NCBI GenBank assembly: GCA_040507665.1
Contig: JBEVOI010000182.1
Location: forward strand, 1 to 37,343
Origin: Burkholderiales bacterium
Lineage (GTDB): Bacteria > Pseudomonadota > Gammaproteobacteria > Burkholderiales > JAEUMW01
Direction: 5' to 3'
Length of the DNA: 37,343 bases
The first letter of the stretch is position 1; each line of letters starts with the position of its first letter. Both the position numbers and the translations under genes were made by a program. The notes beneath the pieces are model-generated. The model saw nothing but the letters and a program-made list of their open reading frames with translations. It did no database searches and was not told the origin of the DNA. Below, piece after piece: positions 1 to 10,144 of the stretch.

Positions 1-816
<816 letters not shown>

Positions 817-1056
817 TCAGCCGCGTACCTGCCACTGGTCCGGGGTCAGGGTACGCATCGAAAGGGCGTGTATTTCCTCGCGCATGCGGTCGCCGAGGGC
901 GGCGTACACGAGCTGGTGGCGCTGCACGGGTGTCTTGCCCTGGAACGCCGAGCTGACGATGACGGCTTCGAAGTGGTGGCCGTCGCCTTCCACGTGGACC
1001 AGCTCGCAGGCGAGCTTCTCCTCGATGTTGCGCTTGATGCTGTCGGGGGTAACCAT
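817..1056 (-). CDS. ibaG: BolA/IbaG family protein
   Basis: EGDGHHFEAVIVSSAFQGK..VQRHQLVYAALG...EIHALSMRTLTP; canonical position upstream of murA. Start taken at ATG 1056 (ORF track extends to 1077). Confidence 0.9.
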   Translation of the reverse strand: MVTPDSIKRNIEEKLACELVHVEGDGHHFEAVIVSSAFQGKTPVQRHQLVYAALGDRMREEIHALSMRTLTPDQWQVRG

Positions 1057-1083
1057 GGGATCGTCTTCCGGAAGCAAGAGGAC

Positions 1084-1842
1084 CTAGTAACGCAGCTTGT
1101 AGCCCTGCGCCAGAAGCCGCAGGGTCAGGAATGATAAGGCCGCGAGGCTCACGGCCACAACCGCGAGGCTGAGTTGCGGCGGAATGTCGGAAACGCCGAA
1201 GAAGCCATAGCGGAATCCGTCGATCATGTAGAAGAATGGATTCAGGTGCGAAACGGTCTGCCAGAAAGCCGGCAGCGTATGGATCGAATAGAACACTCCG
1301 GACAGGAAGGTAAGCGGCATGATTAGGAAGCTCTGAAACGCCGCAAGCTGGTCGAACTTGTCCGCCCAGATCCCCGCGATGATGCCCAGGCAACCCAGGA
1401 TGGCGCTGCCGACACATGCAAATGCCAGCGCCCAGAGCGGATGGTCCAATCGCAGGTCCACGAACCAGAGGGTAACCAGAAATACACCTGCACCGACCGC
1501 GAGTCCGCGCACGATCGCCGCGATCGTGTAAGCGAGAAACAAATCGCCCGGCGAGATCGGCGGCAGCAGCACAAAGATAATGTTTCCCGTAATCTTCGAC
1601 TGGATCAGGCTCGAGGAGCTGTTGGCAAAGGCGTTCTGGAGAATCGACATCATCGCCAGACCAGGGATGAGGAACGCGGTGTATGCCACGCCCGGGAACG
1701 CTTCTACCCTGCCCTCCAGCACGTGGGAGAAAATAAGGAGGTAGAGGAGCGCAGTCACCACCGGGGCGAGAATCGTCTGAAAGCTCACCTTCCAGAACCG
1801 GAGCAGTTCCTTGTATAGCAGGGTGTGGAAACCCGAGCCCAT
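1084..1842 (-). CDS. ABC-2 type transporter permease (YadH-like)
   Basis: Multi-TM protein with KELLRFWKV..QTILAPVVTALLYL, FLIPGL, PLTFLSGVFY, NPFFYMIDGFRYGF motifs. Confidence 0.9.
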   Translation of the reverse strand: MGSGFHTLLYKELLRFWKVSFQTILAPVVTALLYLLIFSHVLEGRVEAFPGVAYTAFLIPGLAMMSILQNAFANSSSSLIQSKITGNIIFVLLPPISPGDLFLAYTIAAIVRGLAVGAGVFLVTLWFVDLRLDHPLWALAFACVGSAILGCLGIIAGIWADKFDQLAAFQSFLIMPLTFLSGVFYSIHTLPAFWQTVSHLNPFFYMIDGFRYGFFGVSDIPPQLSLAVVAVSLAALSFLTLRLLAQGYKLRY

Positions 1843-1846
1843 CGCG

Positions 1847-2743
1847 CTAGCGGTTCATGACCCGGACGAACACGTCCTCGAGGTCCGGCGTAGCGATCTC
1901 CATCTCCTGCACACTCACTCCTGCAGCTCGAAGCGTCTCCAAGACGCGCCCGACCTGGTCGAAATCCCTGAGCTCCAGCGTATGCGTCGTTCCTTCCTTC
2001 CCCGGATGGAGGTCATCCAGCCCTGCGGGCAGCCAGTCCGGGACGATGCGCAGCCTGAGCGTGCGCCCCGGCACGCTCCGCAGCAGGTTGGCCGTGGTAT
2101 CGAGCGCGACGATCCGCCCCTGTTTCATCATTGCGATACGGCCGCAGAGGGTCTCCGCCTCTTCCAGGTAATGCGTCGTAAGGACGATGGTGTGGCCCTC
2201 ACGGTTGAGCTCGCGAACGAACTCCCATAGCCCCTGCCGCAACTCCACGTCGACTCCCGCCGTTGGCTCGTCGAGCACGATCACTGGCGGCTTGTGTACA
2301 AGCGCAAGGCCCACCAGAACGCGCCGCTTCATGCCACCCGAAAGCGCCCGCATGTTGGTATCGGCCTTTGGGGTCAGCCCGAGGCGCTCGATGATCTCGT
2401 CGATCCACGCGTCGTTGCGGCGCAGGCCGAAATAGCCGGACTGGATCACCAGCGCTTCGCGCACGGTGAAGAAGGGGTCGAACACTAACTCCTGCGGCAC
2501 GACACCCAACGCCCGACGCGATTGGCGATAGTCGCGCACCACATCGAAGCCCAGCACCCTTAGCGTACCGCTGTCCGCCAGGCAGAGCCCGGCGAGCGTG
2601 TTGATAAGGGTGGTCTTGCCGGCGCCGTTCGGGCCGAGCAGCGCGAAGAACTCCCCTGCATCGATGTCAAGGTCGACACCGTCGAGCGCCTGTACGTTCC
2701 GGAAGCGCTTGCGCACCTCGCGCACCTCAATCGCGGCCATCAC
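1847..2743 (-). CDS. ABC transporter ATP-binding protein (YadG-like)
   Basis: Walker A GPNGAGKT, signature LSGGMKRR, Walker B IVLDEPTAGVD, H-loop TTHY; adjacent to its permease. Confidence 0.92.
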   Translation of the reverse strand: MMAAIEVREVRKRFRNVQALDGVDLDIDAGEFFALLGPNGAGKTTLINTLAGLCLADSGTLRVLGFDVVRDYRQSRRALGVVPQELVFDPFFTVREALVIQSGYFGLRRNDAWIDEIIERLGLTPKADTNMRALSGGMKRRVLVGLALVHKPPVIVLDEPTAGVDVELRQGLWEFVRELNREGHTIVLTTHYLEEAETLCGRIAMMKQGRIVALDTTANLLRSVPGRTLRLRIVPDWLPAGLDDLHPGKEGTTHTLELRDFDQVGRVLETLRAAGVSVQEMEIATPDLEDVFVRVMNR

Positions 2744-2787
2744 GTCGCTTTGGAAAATGAAGCCGTGTGACAGGCTGGCTCGTGCGC

Positions 2788-3078
2788 TCAGGCCCCCGGC
2801 GCGTGGGTCAGCAGGTCGAGCACCCCATACAGCGTACCAAGGCTCTTGAGGTTTTCAGGAAGGTTGATGTACACGATCTCGCGCTTCTGCGCGCGCGCTT
2901 CACGCAACCACTGCACAAGCAGCGCGAGTGCGGCCGAATCGACTTCAGTCACCGTGGCGAGGTCCACCCGGGAAACGGGCTCGACGAAGAGTTGGCGCCC
3001 GCGGGCGAGGAGCGCTGTCGCGGATCGCAGGGTGACCGGGCCTTCGATTCGGAAGCGGTCACCGTCGCGGACGATCAT
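2788..3078 (-). CDS. mlaB: STAS-domain protein of Mla system
   Basis: VDLATVTEVDSAALALL STAS motif, LYGV near C-terminus; overlaps mlaC by 4 nt. Confidence 0.88.
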   Translation of the reverse strand: MIVRDGDRFRIEGPVTLRSATALLARGRQLFVEPVSRVDLATVTEVDSAALALLVQWLREARAQKREIVYINLPENLKSLGTLYGVLDLLTHAPGA

Positions 3079-3707
3079 TTTCCCGATGTGGCTCCGCCCG
3101 ATCCAGCGTCGCGATTCTTCTGCTGCAGGCTCGCAATCAGGCCATCGATGCCGGAACGTTGAACCTCGTCGGCGAAGGACCCGCGGTAGGTGGTCACCAG
3201 GCTCACGCCCTCGATGCTCACATCGTAGACCTTCCAGCCGGCGGCACTCTTCTCCATGCTGTAATCCACCGCGATCGGCTGCCCCCCGGCGGCCCGGTTG
3301 ATCTGGCTCTTCACCGTGACGTCCGTCGCAGTGGGATCCACCTTCAGCGGCTTGAATTCCACGGTTTCATTCTTGTACTGCGTGAGCGAGCTGCCGTAGG
3401 TACGCACGAGCAGGTTTCTGAACTCGGTGACCAAGGTTTGCTGTTGCTCCGGTGAGGCTTGGCGCCAGCCCTTCCCGACAGCGAGCCGCGTCATCTTCGT
3501 GAAATCGAAGTTGGGAAGGACTTTCGCCTCTACCAACTCCGTCACTCTCTTCGGATCGCTTCTGATGTCCTTATTCGCGCGCAGGACCGCCAGCACCTCT
3601 TCAGAGGTGCTCTTCGCAAGCACGTCGGGCGGGGTGTCCTGCGCGGTTGCGAGTGCGTTGCCGGCAACGAAGCCGAAGAGTGCGAGGATAAGAATGGCTT
3701 TCTTCAT
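3075..3707 (-). CDS. mlaC: Periplasmic phospholipid-binding protein (Ttg2D)
   Basis: Signal peptide; DFTKMTRLAVG..W, LLVRTY, WKVYDVSIEGVSLVTTYRGSF motifs. Confidence 0.94.
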   Translation of the reverse strand: MKKAILILALFGFVAGNALATAQDTPPDVLAKSTSEEVLAVLRANKDIRSDPKRVTELVEAKVLPNFDFTKMTRLAVGKGWRQASPEQQQTLVTEFRNLLVRTYGSSLTQYKNETVEFKPLKVDPTATDVTVKSQINRAAGGQPIAVDYSMEKSAAGWKVYDVSIEGVSLVTTYRGSFADEVQRSGIDGLIASLQQKNRDAGSGGATSGK

Positions 3708-3737
3708 GAGTTCACTCCAATTGGATACAATCTAGGC

Positions 3738-4214
3738 TCACTCCTTGGAGGAGCCGCCTTCCTGGGCTTTGTTATAGAGCATCTGCCCGATGAGCTTCTC
3801 CAGCACAACCGCGGACTGAGTGATCTTGATGGCGTCGCCCTCCTTCAGCATCTCGTCGTCACCGCCTGCATCCAGTGCGACGTACTGCTCGCCAAGCAGA
3901 CCCGAGGTCACCACCGAGGCCGTCGTGTCCTTGGGGAAAGGGTAACGCTGGTCGATCTTTAGGACCACCCGGGCCACGTATTTCTTGGGATCGAGAGTTA
4001 CCGATTCCACGTGACCGACCAAGACACCTGAACTGCGAACCGGCGCCCGCCGCTTCAGGCTGCCGATATTCCCGAACTCGGCCGTAACGGCGTACTCCTT
4101 CTCCGCCTGAAAAGAGGTGCTCGCGTTGCTGACCTTGAAGGCCAGCAACATGAGCGCGATGATCCCCGCGGCGGCGAAGACGCCGACCCAGAGGTCGATG
4201 GTCGCTCTGCTCAT
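3738..4214 (-). CDS. mlaD: MCE-domain outer membrane lipid asymmetry protein
   Basis: N-terminal TM; FGNIGSLK.RAPV..SGV.VG; TSGLLGEQYVAL; TQSAVVLEKLIGQ. Confidence 0.95.
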   Translation of the reverse strand: MSRATIDLWVGVFAAAGIIALMLLAFKVSNASTSFQAEKEYAVTAEFGNIGSLKRRAPVRSSGVLVGHVESVTLDPKKYVARVVLKIDQRYPFPKDTTASVVTSGLLGEQYVALDAGGDDEMLKEGDAIKITQSAVVLEKLIGQMLYNKAQEGGSSKE

Positions 4215-4216
4215 TG

Positions 4217-5011
4217 TCAGTCTCCGATGAACATGAACGCAGTGAGCACAAAGTCGAGGAAGAGGATGGCGAGCGACGACGAAACCACCGTGCGGGTCGT
4301 GGCGTGGGATACGCCCTCCGCCGTCGGCGGAGCATCATAACCCTCGAACACCGCGATCGCGGTGACGGCGACGCCGAACACGATGCTCTTGATGACACCA
4401 TTGACGATGTCGTCCTCGAAGTCCACGGCGCTTTGCATCTGCGACCACCAGGCGCCGCTGTCCACGCCGATGAGGACCACCACGATGAGGTAGCCGCCGA
4501 ACACCCCGACGACACTGAAGAGCGCCGCGAGCAATGGCATCGAAAGAACGCCGCCCCAGAATCGCGGCCCCACCACCCGAGCGATGGGATCGACCGCCAT
4601 CATTTCCATTGCCTGCAGCTGTTCGGTTGCTTTCATCAGGCCGATCTCGGCCGTGATTGCGGACCCGGCCCGTCCTGCGAACAGCAGAGCGGCCACCACC
4701 GGTCCGAGTTCCCGCACCAAAGACAGCGCCACCAGCGAGCCCACCGACTCCGCTGAGCCGTATTTTTGTAGCGTGTCGTACCCCTGCAGCCCTAACACCA
4801 TACCAACGAACATGCCGGACACGATGATGATGACCAGCGACAACACACCGGCGAAGTAGATCTCCCGGAGTGTGAGATGGAAACGGCGGAAGCTGGTCGC
4901 CGAGCGCAGCAGCACGAACGCAAAGAAGCGGCTCCCGTACCCCAGGCGCGCAATCCCGGCAATAACGCGCTCGCCGAGCAGGCGCAGTCCGGATGCTGCG
5001 GCCTCAAGCAC
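4217..5011 (-). CDS. mlaE: Mla ABC permease
   Basis: [56 protein letters not shown]. Confidence 0.96.
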   Translation of the reverse strand: MLEAAASGLRLLGERVIAGIARLGYGSRFFAFVLLRSATSFRRFHLTLREIYFAGVLSLVIIIVSGMFVGMVLGLQGYDTLQKYGSAESVGSLVALSLVRELGPVVAALLFAGRAGSAITAEIGLMKATEQLQAMEMMAVDPIARVVGPRFWGGVLSMPLLAALFSVVGVFGGYLIVVVLIGVDSGAWWSQMQSAVDFEDDIVNGVIKSIVFGVAVTAIAVFEGYDAPPTAEGVSHATTRTVVSSSLAILFLDFVLTAFMFIGD

Positions 5012-5816
5012 GGGGCAGCTCCAGAGCCAGGTCCTCCCGCATGGTCCGACCCGGGTAATGAAACGGCACCGGGCCGTCGATCTCTCCGTGGACGAACTGA
5101 TGAACGAACGGCGTCGTGCTGGAACGAATCTCGTCCGGCGTACCCGCGGCGACCACCCTGCCCTCGGACAGGAAATAGAGGTAATTGACGATGTGCAGGG
5201 ACTCGTCCACGTCGTGGGTCACGAGTATGCTGGTTGCGCCGAGCGCGTCGTTCAGCTTGCGCACGAGGTTACCGATTACAGACATGGAGATCGGATCGAG
5301 TCCCGTGAACGGCTCGTCGTACATGATCAACATCGGGTCCATGACCGTTGCGCGGGCTAGCGCTACCCTGCGGGCCTGCCCGCCCGACAGCTCCGACGGC
5401 ATCTTGCGAGAAGCGTTGCGCAATCCGACCGCGTGCAACTTCATCAGCACCAGATCCCGGATCATTGATTCGGGCAGATCAGTGTGCTCCCGCAGCGGAA
5501 AGGCAACGTTGTCGAACACGGCCAGGTCGGTGAAGAGCGCCCCGAACTGGAACAGGAAGCCCATCCGGCCCCGCAGTTCATAGAGTTCGCGCTGGTTCAT
5601 GTCCGGTACCAGCCGCCCGTGCACCTTGACCTCGCCATGCTGAGGCTGCAGCTGACCGGAGATCAGCCGCAGCAGAGTCGTCTTGCCGCTCCCGCTGCCA
5701 CCCATGATTGCCACGACCTTTCCACGTGGGATGGAGAGGTTAAGACCAGAAAAGATCGGGTGGCCGCCGAAGCTGAAGGCCACGTCCTTCAACTCGACGA
5801 GGTTCTCGGATTTCAT
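5004..5816 (-). CDS. mlaF: Mla ABC ATPase
   Basis: [65 protein letters not shown]-terminus. Confidence 0.96.
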   Translation of the reverse strand: MKSENLVELKDVAFSFGGHPIFSGLNLSIPRGKVVAIMGGSGSGKTTLLRLISGQLQPQHGEVKVHGRLVPDMNQRELYELRGRMGFLFQFGALFTDLAVFDNVAFPLREHTDLPESMIRDLVLMKLHAVGLRNASRKMPSELSGGQARRVALARATVMDPMLIMYDEPFTGLDPISMSVIGNLVRKLNDALGATSILVTHDVDESLHIVNYLYFLSEGRVVAAGTPDEIRSSTTPFVHQFVHGEIDGPVPFHYPGRTMREDLALELPRA

Positions 5817-5844
5817 TTCGGGGGAGCGCGACGAAAAGCGTTGA

Positions 5845-5873
5845 ATTGTAGGCTAATCCAGGCCCCATCACAA
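5845..5873 (-). promoter_or_regulatory. Putative sigma70 promoter of the mla operon
   Basis: Minus strand reads TTGTGA-N17-TACAAT, ending 28 nt before the mlaF start codon. Confidence 0.55.
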
Positions 5874-6153
5874 AGGCGCCCGAGCGGTATTGCGCACCCG
5901 CTGCTCACGGCCACGCGGGGACCGACCGCAAGACCGAAGGCAGGGGACGAGTCTGTCGCAGGTCCGGATCTACGGCGGAACAGGCCTGCGCCCCTCGTCG
6001 CGGTGCCGCGCCGCTCCCGTTCACAATGCCTGCGGACCCTCAGAGCGATCATCACCGACGCATGTTGCGCAGAACGGTAACCCCGCGTATTGTCCACGAC
6101 CCGTGGCCCGCGGGCGTTTCGCCAGCGTCGGCACCTTACACCGGATTGCCCCC

Positions 6154-6912
6154 GTGGATTTCCCTGCACTCGCCTTCAGCCGTGTTGCCAAGCAGTTCGG
6201 CCGCAAGACTGCCCTGGCGGGATTTACGCTGGATGTACAGCCGGGAGAATCGTTTGCGCTGGTGGGCATGAACGGCGCGGGCAAGACGACCCTCCTCAAG
6301 TGCCTGCTGGACTTCTGCGAACCCGACTCCGGCAGCATCAGCGTGTTCGGGGTTGCGCACCGGGAGACCCGCTCCCGGGCACGCCTGTCGTTCCTGCCGG
6401 AGAGGTTCACTCCGCCCTATTTTCTGACAGGACGGGACTTCCTGCGTTACATGCTCGAATTGCAGCGCGTCGCCTATCGGGAGGAGGATGCCATGTCCAC
6501 CCTCGACTCGCTAGATCTCGACCGTACCGCACTCGACGTGCCCGTACGCACATATTCGAAGGGCATGACGCAGAAGCTCGGGCTTGCCGCCTGCCTTCTC
6601 TCCCCCAAGGACCTGTTCGTCCTCGACGAGCCTACCAGCGGCCTGGATCCGAAGGCGCGGGCCCTGCTCAAGGGGCGGCTCAGGGAACTGCGGGCAAGGG
6701 GAAAGGCCGTCTTTTTCACCTCGCATGCCCTTGCAGACGTCGAAGAGATCGGAGATCGCCTCGCGGTCCTGCATCTTGGTGAGCTTCGCTTCGTGGGCAC
6801 CCCGACTGACTTGAAGACACGATATCGTACCCAAAGCCTCGAGGACGCGTACCTCCGCTGCATCGATGTCGAGATCACCGCAACCCCTCCAGCGCTAACC
6901 GCAGCAGTGTGA
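6154..6912 (+). CDS. ABC transporter ATP-binding protein, PilH-like (type IV pilus-associated)
   Basis: GMNGAGKTT, signature YSKGMTQKLGLA, LDEPTSGLDP, FFTSH. Start placed at GTG 6154 because the upstream part of ORF 5890 looks non-coding. No adjacent permease; candidate partner at 23146. Confidence 0.82.
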   Translation: MDFPALAFSRVAKQFGRKTALAGFTLDVQPGESFALVGMNGAGKTTLLKCLLDFCEPDSGSISVFGVAHRETRSRARLSFLPERFTPPYFLTGRDFLRYMLELQRVAYREEDAMSTLDSLDLDRTALDVPVRTYSKGMTQKLGLAACLLSPKDLFVLDEPTSGLDPKARALLKGRLRELRARGKAVFFTSHALADVEEIGDRLAVLHLGELRFVGTPTDLKTRYRTQSLEDAYLRCIDVEITATPPALTAAV

Positions 6913-6982
6913 CGGCTTCCCGCCAATCTGGCACAATTTCGACAGGGCCTTGTCACCAAGGTCGGGAACGATAAGGAGATCT

Positions 6983-8422
6983 GTGGATACCATCAGCCCA
7001 ATCAGGCCCACCCTCGTTATCGTCGATGATGACCCGCTCATCACTGACACGCTCAACTTCATTCTGTCGCGGGATTTCCACGTGTTGGTCGCCCAGTCTC
7101 GCGCCGAGGCGAAAAGCGTCATGCGCCAGCTGGACGAACCGCCGGCGTTGGCGCTGATTGACTTGGGCCTGCCACCGACGCCACACCGCCCCGACGAAGG
7201 ATTCAAGCTCATCACCGAGTTGCTCGCCTATTCGCGCAGTATCAAGATCCTGGTGCTATCGGGGCAGAACGACGAGGCCAACGCGCGCCATGCGCGTACC
7301 CTCGGCGCGATCGAGTTCATCGCCAAGCCATGCGAGCCGGAAAGGCTGAAGGAGATGCTCACGAAGGCCTTGCTCGTGCGCGATGCGGAGCGGCGGGCAG
7401 GGCCGTCGGACATCAAGATTGTCGGCCAGAGCATGCTCATTCAGAAGCTCAAGCAGCAAATCGCCCAGTACGCCAGCGCCCCGTTCCCGGTGCTGATCGA
7501 AGGCGAATCCGGGAGCGGAAAGGAGCTGGTTGCAAACTCGCTGCATCTGCTGTCCGGTCGCGCGGGCAAGCAGTTTTTTGCGCTTAACTGCGCAGCGATC
7601 TCCCCGACCCTAATGGAGCCTACGCTATTCGGCTACACCAAGGGCGCATTCACCGGCGCGCAGGCGCCGCGTTCCGGCTACTTCGAGGACGCCGCCGACA
7701 GCACGCTCTTTCTGGACGAGATCGGCGAACTACCACTCGAGCTCCAGGCGAAGCTATTGCGGGTCTTGGAGAACGGCGAATTCCAGCGCGTAGGCGAGAC
7801 TCACACTCGAGTCAGCAACGCCCGGGTGGTGGCAGCGGCGAACAGGGATCTCCGCGCCGAGATGAAGGCCGGGCGCTTTCGTCCCGATCTCTATCACCGG
7901 CTGTCGGTATTCACCGTTTACGTCCCGCCGCTGCGCGACCTCGGTGAGGACAAGAGGCTGCTGCTCGAGCATTTCGCCGGGTTCTACGCCCGCCAGGCAA
8001 ACATGCCTCGTTTCGAGCTCGACCATCCAGCGACGGAGCTGTGGCTTCAATACGGCTTCCCCGGAAATATCCGTGAGCTGCGCAACATCTGCATTCGCCT
8101 CACCACAAAGTATCCAGGCCAGAAAGTGAACCGCGAGGAACTTCAGTCGGAGTTCGATATGGAGAGCTTCTACGCCCAGACGCCGAGCGACCCAGGCGGT
8201 GCCCAGGATGCAAAGGGACTTCTCGACGGCGCGAAGCGGCATCTCCAGTCCCAGAAGAACTTCAATCTCGATGTCTACTTGCGCATGTGGGAGCAGAGCT
8301 ATGTCGAGGCCGCACTCCACATTACGCACGGCAATCTGTCCCAGGCCGCAAAGCTGCTCGGCATCCACCGCACTACGCTTTACAGCCGGATGCAGAACTA
8401 CGAGCGGGTAGACGACAAGTAA
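6983..8422 (+). CDS. Sigma54-dependent response regulator (REC-AAA+-Fis HTH), PrsR-like
   Basis: Receiver LVIVDDD...IDLGLPP...AKP; Walker A GESGSGKE; GAFTGA; LFLDEIGEL; FPGNIREL; HTH GNLSQAAKLLGIHRTTLY. GTG start at 6983 follows AGGAG. Confidence 0.93.
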   Translation: MDTISPIRPTLVIVDDDPLITDTLNFILSRDFHVLVAQSRAEAKSVMRQLDEPPALALIDLGLPPTPHRPDEGFKLITELLAYSRSIKILVLSGQNDEANARHARTLGAIEFIAKPCEPERLKEMLTKALLVRDAERRAGPSDIKIVGQSMLIQKLKQQIAQYASAPFPVLIEGESGSGKELVANSLHLLSGRAGKQFFALNCAAISPTLMEPTLFGYTKGAFTGAQAPRSGYFEDAADSTLFLDEIGELPLELQAKLLRVLENGEFQRVGETHTRVSNARVVAAANRDLRAEMKAGRFRPDLYHRLSVFTVYVPPLRDLGEDKRLLLEHFAGFYARQANMPRFELDHPATELWLQYGFPGNIRELRNICIRLTTKYPGQKVNREELQSEFDMESFYAQTPSDPGGAQDAKGLLDGAKRHLQSQKNFNLDVYLRMWEQSYVEAALHITHGNLSQAAKLLGIHRTTLYSRMQNYERVDDK

Positions 8423-8484
8423 GCTCCCTTCGCGGGGTGCGATCGCGCCCCACGGTCCAGCTGCCGAAGTTGCCGAGAACATCA

Positions 8485-10023
8485 GTGTATTACGAATAGT
8501 TCGGGCTGGACCGCCCTCCGTTCAAGATCACTCCCGACACCGACTTCTTCTTCGCCGGCGGCAATCGTGGCGCTGTACTGGAAGCGCTGATGTACGCGGT
8601 TACCCAGGGCGAGGGTATTGTCAAGGTTACGGGTGAGGTGGGCAGCGGAAAGACGATGCTCTGCCGAATGCTTCAGTCTCGCCTTCCCGCAAACATCGAG
8701 CAGGTCTACCTCGCGAACCCGAGCGTTTCGCCCGAGGATATCCTGCACGCCATCGCATTCGAGCTTGGCCTCCATACGGCCCGCGACGCGAGCCGCATTG
8801 AGCTCATGCACAAGCTGCAGGAACATCTCGTGAAGCGCCACGGTGAAGGGCGCCAAGTAGTAGTTTTTGTGGAAGAGTCCCAGAGCATGCCAGTTGCGAC
8901 GCTCGAGGAGATCCGCCTGCTGTCAAACCTCGAGACGCAGCACCATAAACTTCTCCAGATTGTCCTCTTCGGTCAACCGGAACTGGATGAGATCCTCGCC
9001 CAGCCGAACATCCGCCAGCTGCGGGAGCGCATTGCCCATAGCTTCTCGCTGCAACCCCTTCGCACCGAGGAAATCCGTGAGTACCTGATGTTTCGCTTGC
9101 GCGCAGCCGGTTACCGAGGACCCGACCTGTTCTCGCCGAAGCTTGTGCGCTACATCGCGGACACGACGGGCGGGCTCACCCGCCGCGTCAACCTCGTCGC
9201 GGACAAGGCTCTGCTGGCTGCCTTTGCAGGCAGCACCCACACGGTGACGCTCGCTCACGTGCAGGTGGCAGTGCGGGACAGCGAATTCAGCCCCAAGAGA
9301 ACCCCTGGAACTTCGCGCTGGATGCCCGCCATTGGCCTACTTTCGATCGGTGCTGCCTTGGGAATCGCGGCTTTCTGGTGGCTCGGTGGGCCGCGCCCGG
9401 TCTCGGTAACCGCACCCGCCGGGGTCACTTCGGGCAATTCGTCGTTGGCCGGCCAATCAGCTTCGACGACCGGTTCGAACGCTTCGGTCGCCGAGGTACC
9501 CGCAGCAGGAGGCCGTACCAAGTCCTTGTCTGCGTCGGAATTCCCGGCCGCCGCCGGGTCAGCGGCGCGGATGACGCCTTCCCCATCCTCGGCAGCGCCT
9601 GCAGCACCCTTGTCCGGCGCGTTGGCGCCTCACTCTTCGAACTCCGATCATTTGGGACCCTCTACTGATTCGCCACCAGACGTACCCGCTGACATCCTCA
9701 GGGCAAGGTTGGCCGCTACCGATGATTGGCTTGGGAAGGCGGGCAAAAGCCGATTCACCATACAGCTCATCTCGGCGGCGGACAATCCAGATGACCTGAA
9801 GCGATACCTCAACTACCTGGGGAAATTTATTGAAAGCGATGAGGTGTATGTGTACCGTACCCGCATCCAGGGGAGGTCTTATCTGACAGTGGTATACGGG
9901 ACCTTTCCAAGTCGTCAAGCCGCGCAGTTGGCCTTGGACCGACTCCCGGAAGACGTGAAGACTTATCGCCCTTATGTGCGCTCGGCACCCGGCATCCGGT
10001 ACGAAGCGCCGCAAAAGCGGTAG
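8485..10023 (+). CDS. ExeA/MshM-family AAA+ ATPase with TM segment and C-terminal SPOR-like domain; in-frame TAG at 8497-8499 (open ORF from ATG 8590)
   Basis: GTG TAT TAC GAA TAG TTC GGG... = (M)YYE*FGLDRPPFKITPDTDFFF in frame with ORF 8590..10023. Walker A GEVGSGKT, LQIVLFGQPEL, RQLRERI; C-terminal FTIQL...YLTVVYGTFPSRQAA...LP...PYVRS resembles SPOR. Confidence 0.85.
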
Positions 10024-10055
10024 CTTAACGTCGGTCGGGAAGGGCCGGGAGCGAC

Positions 10056-10071
10056 GGGTACCATACTTGCT
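10056..10071 (+). promoter_or_regulatory. Putative sigma54 (-24/-12) promoter upstream of secretin operon
   Basis: GGGTACCATACTTGCT: GG(10057-58)-N10-GC(10069-70) with TTGCT; intergenic, about 75 nt before the secretin ATG. Confidence 0.65.
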
Positions 10072-10144
10072 TTGCCCCGCTCCGCGATCAAAAATGCAGA
10101 CATCTTCGGGAATCTCCCTCTGCAACCCCGGCCCCCAATAAGAG

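Noticed and set aside
5890-6153. 88-codon N-terminal extension of the ABC ATPase ORF
   Set aside because: Arg/Pro-rich and not domain-like; it occupies the divergent promoter region. The ABC fold starts near GTG 6154.
6928-6945. CTGGCACAATTTCGAC upstream of the response regulator, resembling a sigma54 promoter
   Set aside because: The -24 half is perfect, but the position 10 nt after GG reads AC rather than GC; the strict spacing is not met.
8497-8499. Pyrrolysine or genome-wide TAG recoding
   Set aside because: TAG is a normal terminator for several genes in the window, and no pyl genes or suppressor tRNA are visible.
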